From NCBI GenBank assembly GCA_029879825.1, contig JAOUPL010000001.1, forward strand, positions 1 to 38,271: a stretch of DNA of 38,271 nt, in the 5' to 3' direction. This document shows positions 29,797 through 38,270 of the stretch, piece after piece; position 1 is the first letter of the stretch; the number at the start of each line of letters is the position of its first letter. The notes beneath the pieces are model-generated. The model made no database searches and had not been told where the DNA came from. It was given only the letters and a program-made list of their open reading frames with translations. Source of the stretch: Candidatus Bathyarchaeota archaeon. Lineage in GTDB: Archaea > Thermoproteota > Bathyarchaeia > Bathyarchaeales > Bathyarchaeaceae. Both the position numbers and the translations under genes were made by a program.

Positions 29797-30918
29797 CTAC
29801 TGTCCAATACCTATCGTGTTCCCGATGCCCGCTATTATAACTACGTCTCCCTCCTTTGTCCTTTCCAGAAGCAGCCTCTTAATTCGTTGAATCGCCGTAT
29901 CCGCGGCGTCGAATACTTCTTTTCGCATAGGAGAAACAGCGTCTCCGATGTCTTGCTTGATAATGACGGCATTCACAGGAATCTTGTATTTAAGCACCGA
30001 TTCCTCTATCTTGAATTGGTCGACTCCTGGCCCACCGATAGCTGCACCTACTCCCTCAGCCACATCGCCAGGTTTCTCTCCTTCAAGCTTTTGTGCAGCA
30101 TCTATCATAACTATTGTGGCAATCTTTCCCTTAGTTTCGTTTATGATCTTTATTATCCCATCTCCAGGTTTACCCACGGTTCCACCCGGGCCTTCTGACT
30201 TCAGAACGTGTGCTATTCGGCCTTCTAGGGGCACTGTGGCTGCAACAATGTCCTTGGCTATCTTTCTTGTTTTATGTCCATGCATCAGTTTAGCGGCGAC
30301 GAGAGCACCTGCTCCGTCACCTATGGGTTGACCAGTTGCGAAGGCCTTTAGAGCGCTGGCGAAGGCTTCTGCTTCTTTCATAATCAGAGGTAAAACCATT
30401 TGAAGTTGCATGATTATGTAGAGGCTCAGGGTTTTTTTGCCGAGTATATAGAAATGCCTTATAACCTTGTAGATAATGTGTAGTGCCATGGCAGCCTCAA
30501 GAGTGTTTTCCAAATTATTCAATTGTACTTCATCTGCTTCCGGCGCCATGAGCTTAACTTCATCCTTAAAGCGAACATCTCGAACGTCCAACAAGTGGTC
30601 CAGTTTCCAAACTATGCCTGAAGGATCCATACTCTGAGGAGTTATGGCTATGTATTCCAAAAATTGGTCAACCCTCTCGGTGGGGTCTTCCGGAGGTTTT
30701 CCTATTTCCTTTATTGTCTCCATGGTCAGCTTCCGCCCTTCGTCTCTTATGAATTTGAGGCGGTGCAGATGTTTTTCAACGTCCCTCAGCATGACGGTCA
30801 TTTGGAAGCGTTGCCCATAAAACATGAAAAACACGAAAAAACCGAGCCAAGCTATTTGTAAAACCCATCCTATAATATCGCTTCCGCCCGGGAACAACTG
30901 AGAAACTTGTGAAATCAT
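29797..30918 (-). CDS. DUF1512 family protein
   Basis: PIGDGAG, GPGGTVG, IDAAQKLEGE, GIGNTIGIGQ. Confidence 0.85.
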   Translation of the reverse strand: MISQVSQLFPGGSDIIGWVLQIAWLGFFVFFMFYGQRFQMTVMLRDVEKHLHRLKFIRDEGRKLTMETIKEIGKPPEDPTERVDQFLEYIAITPQSMDPSGIVWKLDHLLDVRDVRFKDEVKLMAPEADEVQLNNLENTLEAAMALHIIYKVIRHFYILGKKTLSLYIIMQLQMVLPLIMKEAEAFASALKAFATGQPIGDGAGALVAAKLMHGHKTRKIAKDIVAATVPLEGRIAHVLKSEGPGGTVGKPGDGIIKIINETKGKIATIVMIDAAQKLEGEKPGDVAEGVGAAIGGPGVDQFKIEESVLKYKIPVNAVIIKQDIGDAVSPMRKEVFDAADTAIQRIKRLLLERTKEGDVVIIAGIGNTIGIGQ

Positions 30919-31163
30919 TAGCTATTCACACATCTCAAAGACTACGCGGTTGGTAATAAATTTTGAGGATTTATGGTATATCTTTCACTTGAAGTAATAG
31001 CAAACTATAAGACAGGAATTTTTTGGAAGGGCATAATCCCTCAATTCTCTGAGCAGGGGAAGAGCGCTATTTATACCTTCAACATTGTTTGTGTCACAAA
31101 AACACAAACACACACGCATTTCGAGTCATACCTTTTATTCGAAAATGCTTTTAGACGCTAAAA

Positions 31164-31288
31164 GGGGTTGCCAGCTTTCCCGACTTCGCGTGGCCGAAGA
31201 CCACACTAACACCGGAAACGGAGCGCGGTTTAACTTCTGAGTTCGGAATGGGATCAGGTGGGTCCCGCGCCCTATGGCCGGCAACCCC
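31164..31288 (-). rRNA. rrf: 5S rRNA, not linked to 16S/23S in this window
   Basis: Reverse complement GGGGTTGCCGGCCATAG...CCCATTCCGAACTCAGAAGTTAAA...GCTGGCAACCCC with paired ends. Confidence 0.96.
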
Positions 31289-31376
31289 AATAACTTCGTC
31301 AATCTTTCGTTCATTAAGTTTTCGCTTTAGTCCTGCGAGAAACGTATATATTTAGAACCTATAAACTGTTGGACTA

Positions 31377-31599
31377 GGGGCCGTAGTCTAGCTACGCCTC
31401 GTCATCTGATGAGGCGCTGGAAAGGGATGACGACAGTTGATGCGAAGTAGTGTCAACCGTTAAGGGCTCCAGAACAGAATTCACGGGTTTGCTGACCGTG
31501 TCGGGATGAAGAAATTCTGGAGCGGTGAAGAAACCCGTAGGAACGGGGATGAACTGTTCCGGGTAAAGGTCGTCGGTTCAAATCCGGCCGGCCCCACCA
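31377..31599 (+). tRNA. tRNA-Trp(CCA) with four predicted introns (31394-31422, 31435-31463, 31473-31532, 31539-31566) and encoded CCA
   Basis: Spliced product GGGGCCG TA GTCT AGCTAGGGA TGAC G ACGGG CT CCA GA CCCGT AGGTC GTCGG TTCAAAT CCGGC CGGCCCC A CCA; each junction has a 4-bp helix with 3-nt bulges. Confidence 0.9.
31473..31532 (+). ncRNA. Intron-encoded box C/D guide RNA predicted for tRNA-Trp C34 and C39
   Basis: Guide ACGGGTTT + CTGA and guide TTCTGGAGC + GTGA; the N+5 rule lands on C39 and C34; C'-like ATGAAGA between them. Confidence 0.75.
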
Positions 31600-32495
31600 C
31601 AAGCCGAACCGGCCCCGCCCGCGCGAAGATCTTCGGCACACTGTGGGAGCTGAAGAAGCGGGGCTACTGCGACATCACCTTGAAGACGAAAGGCGAACGC
31701 CTGAGGTTTCTGGCAAGGCACGTGGACCTGGATGACCCGGAGGCTGTGAAAGGGTTCATCGCAGAACAAACAAGCTGGTCCAATGGCTACAAACAGAGCG
31801 TAGCATACGCTTACGACAACTATGTGAAAACCAACGGCTTGCATTGGACTCTGCCACACTTCCGAGTGGAAGATAAACTGCCCAAGATTCCAACCGAGGA
31901 AAAAATCAACCAGATAATCGTAAGGGCCAGAGGCAAATATGTCCTGGTTTTCAGCATCCTCCGGGACACCGGCATGAGGCCCATCGAACTCGAAAGGACC
32001 AAAGTTAGAGACATAGACTTGGATACAGGAGTTATCACCGTCCGCACGGCGAAAGGCGGCTTAGGACGATCACTGAAGGTGAAGACGCAGACGCTGGCCA
32101 TGCTGAAGGAATACCTCGGGAAGCACGGCTTCGGGCTGAACGACCAGCCTTTTCCGAAGAGGAAGAAGATGACGGGGCGCTGGGTCAGGCTGAGGAACAC
32201 GGTCGCGGGGAAGCTGAAGGACGCCTCTTTCAGGGCGATCAGGCTCTACGACCTGAGGCACTTCGTCGGGACGACGACCTACCACAGGACCAAGGACATA
32301 GTCTACACCCAGAGGGTGCTGGGGCACAGGAGCCTGAAGAACACGATGAGGTATGTCCAACTGATAGACTTTGAAGAAGATGAGTTTACTTCTGCGGTAG
32401 CTAGGAACTTACAGGAAGCTTGCCAACTGATAGAAGTTGGCTTCGAATACGTAACAGAAATAGACGGTGCAAAACTATTCAGGAAAAGAAAGTAG
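31506..32495 (+). CDS. Tyrosine recombinase/integrase; frame overlaps tRNA-Trp 3' half, so true start uncertain (possible int(C) fragment)
   Basis: DTGMRPIE (R), TAKGG (K), YDLRH, LGH, TMRY catalytic motifs; VVGSNPAGPT is the translated tRNA T-arm. Confidence 0.9.
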   Translation: MKKFWSGEETRRNGDELFRVKVVGSNPAGPTTSRTGPARAKIFGTLWELKKRGYCDITLKTKGERLRFLARHVDLDDPEAVKGFIAEQTSWSNGYKQSVAYAYDNYVKTNGLHWTLPHFRVEDKLPKIPTEEKINQIIVRARGKYVLVFSILRDTGMRPIELERTKVRDIDLDTGVITVRTAKGGLGRSLKVKTQTLAMLKEYLGKHGFGLNDQPFPKRKKMTGRWVRLRNTVAGKLKDASFRAIRLYDLRHFVGTTTYHRTKDIVYTQRVLGHRSLKNTMRYVQLIDFEEDEFTSAVARNLQEACQLIEVGFEYVTEIDGAKLFRKRK

Positions 32496-32834
32496 CTTTG
32501 TGCACCTACCATGCATGCATGCGATTCGCATACGCCCTGCCCGGTTTCTTCCCGCCCCCCTGCGCAGGACTTAGTTAGAGCAAATAACATGTTAACGCGC
32601 ACGCGATGCAAACAGTTGGAGAGCTTTTTGAAAACCTAGGGGAAAAACCAGGGAGCTAAGTGAAAACATCGACCTGTATCACAAACTGATACTCTCAAGA
32701 ATGAAACCTACGAAAGACGAGTAATATCCAGTTCTGTGCGCATGCATGCAAAAAACGACTTGCGCGCGTGTATGAAACAAGAAAACGTTTGTATACCACC
32801 TGTTGAAACATTGTTATATAGTCAGGTGATTTTA

Positions 32835-33482
32835 TTGGCTGAAAAATGGGATGGAGTGGCATTTCTGAAAAATCGTATTGAAGCAATAGACCAACAATGG
32901 GTTGAAAATGTTCGGAAGACCAAATTCTTTCGAGTGGGTGCCTTTAATCTTCCCCACATGGAACCACAATTGAGACAGGTATATATGGATACTTATTTTA
33001 TCACAATGATGGGTTTTTGGAATGTTTCCATAATAATGCAAGGTGTGTTGTTGGAAACTTTGGTCAAAGAGATAATATTTGCAAAAGAGAAGAAAGAGTT
33101 CCAAAAGCCTTTTGGTGACGCCATTGATAGGTGTGAAAAGAAAGGTTACCTAAGCGATGAAGAGATCAGATTTTTGAGGCGATTCAAGGACGAGATTAGG
33201 AACCCCTATCAACATGTAGATGTCAAGAAGATAGTTGGAGAAAGCAAAGTTCGTGCATGGAAGATCTCGCTTAAAAAGGGCAAAGTAGCGGAGTCATTAC
33301 TTAAAGGGGTCGAAAAAGTGTTTAGAGAAGATGCTGGCCATGGCGAGTTGAAAGGTTATGAAGATATGAGACCCGTTGGAGTAGTCATTAAAGATGAGAT
33401 TGACAGACGATTGGCATTGCCTCTTTTCGGTCAAGTTGAAAAATTAGTTAGAAGTTTGTCAACAAAACATTTCAAGGTATAA
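32835..33482 (+). CDS. HEPN-like (DUF4145-type) domain protein
   Basis: Helical protein with LLETLVKE and IRNPYQH (Rx4H); TTG 32835 follows AGGTGA. Confidence 0.6.
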   Translation: MAEKWDGVAFLKNRIEAIDQQWVENVRKTKFFRVGAFNLPHMEPQLRQVYMDTYFITMMGFWNVSIIMQGVLLETLVKEIIFAKEKKEFQKPFGDAIDRCEKKGYLSDEEIRFLRRFKDEIRNPYQHVDVKKIVGESKVRAWKISLKKGKVAESLLKGVEKVFREDAGHGELKGYEDMRPVGVVIKDEIDRRLALPLFGQVEKLVRSLSTKHFKV

Positions 33483-33806
33483 CAAGGCGCGCGCGTTAGA
33501 CTCACTTTCCTTTGTCCCAGTAATTCATGCATGCATGCTTGCTATATCCACACAAAGTTCACACGAAACCCTTCCAGACCCCCGCACACAAACCTTCATG
33601 TTGACAAACCTAGTGGTAATCTTTTCTATTGTTAGTCTAGCTTTTCTTTTTGCGTCAAGAACAGAATTTGCATCGCATGTGCAAGAATTGTGCTAGAAGC
33701 ACGCCTAATCATGCATGCGCGAACGACACATTATAATTTATAATACTTTTTCTAAATTCACAAACTATATTTCTAATTTCTTGAATATTCCAGAAAGGTT
33801 GAGCAA

Positions 33807-34214
33807 TTGAGACTATCAGAATTTATGCACATGCATAAAGGCGTAATCATCGTTCTCGGATTAATCATCGTTGTGGCAGTTGGATACATCGCAGTTAATC
33901 CCAATATAATTGGATTACCTACGCAAATAAGAATCATGGACGGAACTTGGGAAGATATAACCTTTCATGGACACGAATATCGGATTCTAGTAGAAAAAAG
34001 TGAACCAGTTACGTTTGCTAATTTTTCTTCAAGTAATTCTTCTTCATGGATTTTGTATATTTTCCTTACTGAAGGCTGGGATTTCCCAAGAATTGGAGAT
34101 GGAACATATCCAAATATCAAAGAAGGAGACATTATCTTCTACAAAGGTGTGAACATTAAAGTCAACAATATCGATGACTATAGTGTAACATTGTTGGTTA
34201 GTTGGGGAGAATGA
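33807..34214 (+). CDS. Hypothetical membrane-anchored/secreted protein
   Basis: N-terminal hydrophobic helix (VIIVLGLIIVVAVGYIAV) followed by a beta-rich soluble part; AT-rich. Confidence 0.65.
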   Translation: MRLSEFMHMHKGVIIVLGLIIVVAVGYIAVNPNIIGLPTQIRIMDGTWEDITFHGHEYRILVEKSEPVTFANFSSSNSSSWILYIFLTEGWDFPRIGDGTYPNIKEGDIIFYKGVNIKVNNIDDYSVTLLVSWGE

Positions 34215-34645
34215 TGTTTCGCGTGCGTCTTTCCATTAACCGTTAACCGTTGTCCGTGGTGGTGGTGGGTGGTGGGTCAAATTTTAACCGCCAAAAGCGT
34301 GCGCTCAGGAGTTAGCCACAGCCCGCAACCAACACACTCGTAAACTCCCGGGGTGCCTCGGACCCAGCCCGCTGTATTTTGGGATGTTGCCCAAGGGTGT
34401 CTGCGGGTTCCGCGTGGAGGGATATACCTGCAGACACATCAACAATGGTAGTTGCATTGAGTCAAATTTCCGGGGAAAACAGCATTAAGTAAAATGGGGG
34501 CCCCAAACTAGAAACCAAATGGAAAGGCCGCGGATTTTGACGCGCGCGCACACGCGAAACAGCTAAAGTGCCCACTTAGATAATTTAATAAATACTTGGA
34601 AATAAGTAGCATTTGTAGTTTAGACGTGTAGGTTGGTCTTGGGTT

Positions 34646-35284
34646 TTGGTCGAAGAAGCTCTTGTTTTTTGGGTCGGAGCGGCGATATTCGGATTCACCT
34701 CATTGATGTTTGCTGCATTAGAAAAGCGAGGACATGGTGGCGAAATGGTTTTCGGATCCAATATCTTTGTAAGTTTTATCACAACGATCTCGTACGTAGT
34801 CATGGCTTTGGCGTTAGGTACTACAATTGCAGAGAATGGACAACCAATCTATTGGACAAGATGGCTTTTCTACATCGCCAGTTGTAGCATACTAACCCTG
34901 GACATCGCCTTCATCGCACGAAAGCCAGCTTCCAAAAAGGTTGAAGTCGCGTTATTCACTGGACTTACAATGTTCTGCGGTTTCTTGGCAAGCATAATTG
35001 TCACGGCTGATCGTTGGTGGTTCTTTGCTCTAAGTACGGCCGCTTATTTCGGCGTGCTCTACACACTATCTAAACGATTAGGAGATGAGAGCGTCAACGT
35101 AACCTCCATAATGTGGTTTGTGATGGTAACTTGGTCTCTGTTTCCAGTAGTTTGGGTGCTTGCGCCAACTGGCTTTGGAGTTCTCACGACATTTGTTGAG
35201 GCTATACTCTATCTTGCACTCGACCTAATAACCAAGGTAGCTTTCGGCTTGTATATTTCAGCACGACAGGACATTGGCAAGTAA
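34646..35284 (+). CDS. Microbial rhodopsin, schizorhodopsin-like
   Basis: Seven hydrophobic segments in 212 aa; helix C RWLFYIASCSILTLD; helix F WSLFPVVW; helix G DLITK with the retinal Lys. Confidence 0.88.
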   Translation: MVEEALVFWVGAAIFGFTSLMFAALEKRGHGGEMVFGSNIFVSFITTISYVVMALALGTTIAENGQPIYWTRWLFYIASCSILTLDIAFIARKPASKKVEVALFTGLTMFCGFLASIIVTADRWWFFALSTAAYFGVLYTLSKRLGDESVNVTSIMWFVMVTWSLFPVVWVLAPTGFGVLTTFVEAILYLALDLITKVAFGLYISARQDIGK

Positions 35285-35403
35285 CAATCATAATCAAGCG
35301 CGCGCATGAATACTGTGCAAGTTTAGCATCCGACCTACATCGCTAAAATACATCTTGCTAGTAACCAAAACACAGTTATAACCTCTGCATTCTACATTAC
35401 TTT

Positions 35404-35919
35404 ATGGTCAAAGAAGTGAAATATAGCCTCATCAAAAAACTAGACAATGTGGAAATCAGGCTCTACAACAGCTTGATAATCGCCAAAGTTGACGGTTATG
35501 GTGATGCAGGCTTTAACCTTCTCTTCAACTATATCACAGGCAACAATACTCAAAAAACCACTTTAGAAATGACTTCACCCGTAATATCACAAAACATTGA
35601 AATGACTGCTCCCGTCCTATCAGAAAAAGACTCGATAGCATTCGTTATGCCTGAAAAATACACCTTGGAAACAACACCAAAACCTAATGATGAACGAATC
35701 AAAATCCAACAAATCCCAGAAAGATATGTAGCCGCACTAAGATTCAGCGGTCGCTGGACACCTTCAAATTTCGCAAAAAAATCAAAACAACTATTAAAAG
35801 AACTACAAACAGCAAAAATAAAAACAAGAGGAAACATTTTTGCAATGCGTTACAGCGGACCCTTCACACCATGGTTCATGCGGAAAAACGAAGTAGCAAC
35901 AGAAGTCCAACTCACCTAG
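35404..35919 (+). CDS. SOUL family haem-binding protein
   Basis: VEIRLY, GFNLLFNYITGNN, IEMTAPV, FVMP, RFSG, PFTPWFMRKNEV. Confidence 0.92.
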   Translation: MVKEVKYSLIKKLDNVEIRLYNSLIIAKVDGYGDAGFNLLFNYITGNNTQKTTLEMTSPVISQNIEMTAPVLSEKDSIAFVMPEKYTLETTPKPNDERIKIQQIPERYVAALRFSGRWTPSNFAKKSKQLLKELQTAKIKTRGNIFAMRYSGPFTPWFMRKNEVATEVQLT

Positions 35920-36112
35920 AACTCTATACCTGCGCGTTCGATTTGGGTATGTGTGGGTGGTTAATTTTCAATCACTTACACTAGCTGGCATGCGTACGCA
36001 GGGCTGAAAAAACATATTGGTAGCGCGCACTTTTCTTGAACACAAGTATCTTAGCGATACTGTGCATGCAGATCGCAAGTCATAAAAGCAGTCTCATACA
36101 GACTTTAGGAAC

Positions 36113-36937
36113 ATGAATAGAACAGAAAGATTAGAGAATATTGCGAAATCACCGATTTCATTTGGCTATCTTAGAAAGTTCAACATGGGAGCAGGCATTC
36201 TTCATTTTGCTCAAGGAATAGTTATGGTAGCTCTTGGGCTTTCTAAAGCCTACAACCGTGACATATTCACTTTCTATTTGAAGTTCAACATAGTGAGCAC
36301 TGACCCGCCCGTTATCCAAGTTGGGCCAGACCCTAAAATCCTGCTGACAATAGGCTACATAGGAGTCGTGGCCGCTCTCTTTCCCCTAATCTCTGCAATA
36401 GCACATTTCACAATCGCGTTTGCGAAGAACAATGCCTACAATGAAAATCTGAAAAAGGGCATGAACCCATACAGATGGTACGAATATGCCCTTTCAAGCT
36501 CAATAATGATATTCCTCATCGCTTCGTTCGTAGGAGTGTGGGAGCTATGGTCACTCGTGATGATATTTGTCTTGAACGCAATGATGATAATGTTCGGATA
36601 TCTTATGGAGAAAATCAATCAGTACACTGAAAAGACTGATTGGTCATCATTCATCCTTGGATGCATTTCAGGCGGAACACCCTGGATAGCGATATACGCT
36701 TATTTCATCGCAGCCATAAGCAGCGTGTCGCAGAACGTTCCCACATTTGTGTACCTGATACTGTTCATCTACTTCATTCTGTTCAACATCTTCGCAGTCA
36801 ACATGGTGTTGCAATACAAAGGCATCGGAAGGTGGAAGGATTACCTTTACGGCGAAAGAATCTACATAATCCTGAGCTTCGTTGCAAAAAGCATTCTGGC
36901 TTGGCTGGTATTCGTAGGAATCTATGCACCTTTCTAG
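36113..36937 (+). CDS. heR: Heliorhodopsin
   Basis: FNMGAGILHFAQ, SAIAHF, NPYRWYEYALSSSIM, GERIYIILSFVAKSILAW (SxxxK). Confidence 0.95.
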   Translation: MNRTERLENIAKSPISFGYLRKFNMGAGILHFAQGIVMVALGLSKAYNRDIFTFYLKFNIVSTDPPVIQVGPDPKILLTIGYIGVVAALFPLISAIAHFTIAFAKNNAYNENLKKGMNPYRWYEYALSSSIMIFLIASFVGVWELWSLVMIFVLNAMMIMFGYLMEKINQYTEKTDWSSFILGCISGGTPWIAIYAYFIAAISSVSQNVPTFVYLILFIYFILFNIFAVNMVLQYKGIGRWKDYLYGERIYIILSFVAKSILAWLVFVGIYAPF

Positions 36938-37122
36938 CAGGCGTACGTACTCCTCAAATCAGACTGTTCCAGTATGCTTGTGAGAGATAGTATAGGTTAC
37001 TATCTGCAAGCACACACATGCGCGCGTGCTAGGTGTATGAATTGTAGGCGGAAGAAAAATATTAAAAGAAATATCACCGACCTACGATTATTACGACTGG
37101 ATTATGAGTGTGATAAAATCAA

Positions 37123-37809
37123 ATGGCAAGCGGTTCGCTCGAATTTCGGGCAACAAACCTTGATTGCCTTTTGGCTCTTGTGATCGCATTCGGCCTACCC
37201 GTGGCGTGCGGGCTCCTGTACCCACTGACGGGCGCACTTGTCCCTCTAACACTGTATTATGGCTTGTGCTGCGTAGGCATCGTGAAGTGGCGGCGTGGAA
37301 CACTTGAGTATCGTCGTCCGAAGACTTGGGCCTTCCCCATTTTTCTGACGATGATCGCAATGCAGCTGATCCAACAGATCATTGGTTTTGTGCTAGTGCA
37401 ACCTGTGCCAAGCCCCGACGCAGTCGGAGTGCTCATCTCCCTTATTGTTTGGGCACCACTCAATGCTTTAATGGAGCAGTTGAGTTGGATCTACTGCTAC
37501 GATGCATTCGCCTCACGCTTCACTAAGAAGAGCCAGAGAATAGTGGGGAACATCGTCGGCCTCGTGTTGATGCTATCTCTAGTTGGACTTATCCATGTGC
37601 TCTTCTGGGCGAAATTCACGCCAGCATATTCACCGATCGGTAGCTTCTTCTTAGTTTTCATGGCCCTGCAATTCGTAACCACCGGTCTCTACATCATGCT
37701 GTATCGAAAAGTCCGCTCCATGATCCCTCTGGCATTAGTTCACATCATATCTGATGCGGGCTTGGTTCTCATTCCAGGATTCTCAATCTTCCCGTACCTT
37801 CTGCCATAG
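37123..37809 (+). CDS. CPBP (Abi/CAAX)-like intramembrane protein
   Basis: Multi-pass membrane protein; NALMEQ (variant of EE), LIHVLFW and ALVHIISD motifs. Confidence 0.6.
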   Translation: MASGSLEFRATNLDCLLALVIAFGLPVACGLLYPLTGALVPLTLYYGLCCVGIVKWRRGTLEYRRPKTWAFPIFLTMIAMQLIQQIIGFVLVQPVPSPDAVGVLISLIVWAPLNALMEQLSWIYCYDAFASRFTKKSQRIVGNIVGLVLMLSLVGLIHVLFWAKFTPAYSPIGSFFLVFMALQFVTTGLYIMLYRKVRSMIPLALVHIISDAGLVLIPGFSIFPYLLP

Positions 37810-38147
37810 GAACAATCGAGCTAGCTAGCTATAACTTGCGCGCGCAGCACGTAGTTCGGGTCCTTGCGCGAGAGGAACCTCCTGACGTGCTCGTATTCGC
37901 GCGCCATGAACTTCCTCAGCCTCGGCACTATCACTCGACTCTCCCCCCTTCCAGCCAATTGCCGCGTTCGTCCGGACGCTCCGACTGCTCCAACTTCTTT
38001 CCATTTTTTAAAAAGTTTTTTTCAGGACTACTCTTAGTTGTAGAATTTTTCATTTCCGTATCACAGTTGGAGCGCTTAAGGTCTATGTTCTCCCATACGC
38101 CGATCCGCTTCCCGTCCACGCGCGCTTTTGGACACATATTGTATTGA

Positions 38148-38270
38148 CTAACCAGGTATTTCTGGGAAAAGGATTTTCTTTGTGGGAGCTCTGCAATTAG
38201 GGCACTCTTGCCTATTCACATTGTAAAGGGTCTTACAATATGGACATTCGATTCTGGTCATCTCATTGAA
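38148..38270 (-). CDS. 3' end of a zinc-ribbon protein, probably truncated by the window edge
   Basis: Frame reads FNEMTRIECPYCKTLYNVNRQECPNCRAPTKKILFPEIPG*; not in the ORF track. Confidence 0.65.
   Translation of the reverse strand, partial: FNEMTRIECPYCKTLYNVNRQECPNCRAPTKKILFPEIPG

Larger units (their letters stand above)
32511..38125. repeat. Dispersed alternating purine-pyrimidine tracts (GCGCGC, ATGCAT, CACGCG) in intergenic DNA
   Basis: At about 32511, 32595, 32735, 32761, 33487, 33526, 33710, 34220, 34540, 35298, 35931, 35988, 36023, 36061, 36941, 37010, 37837, 38117. Confidence 0.8.

Noticed and set aside
31164..31288. Orphan 5S rRNA as an anomaly
   Set aside because: Unlinked 5S genes are normal in TACK archaea.
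30973..31641. Two 62-aa ORFs (30973-31161 and 31453-31641)
   Set aside because: The first is AT-rich spacer downstream of the 5S gene; the second is antisense to tRNA-Trp.
34277..34438. Minus-strand frame containing YECVGCGLW
   Set aside because: Bounded by an upstream stop with no start codon before the motif; at most a remnant.
32496..38147. Classical integron with attC sites, or a CRISPR array
   Set aside because: The AAC...GTT spans are mostly far shorter than attC sites, the integrase shows no obvious IntI-specific insertion, and there are no regularly spaced identical repeats.
37836..38147. 103-aa plus and 68-aa minus ORFs
   Set aside because: No motifs, low-complexity composition, and they span RY tracts and T/A runs typical of the island's spacers.
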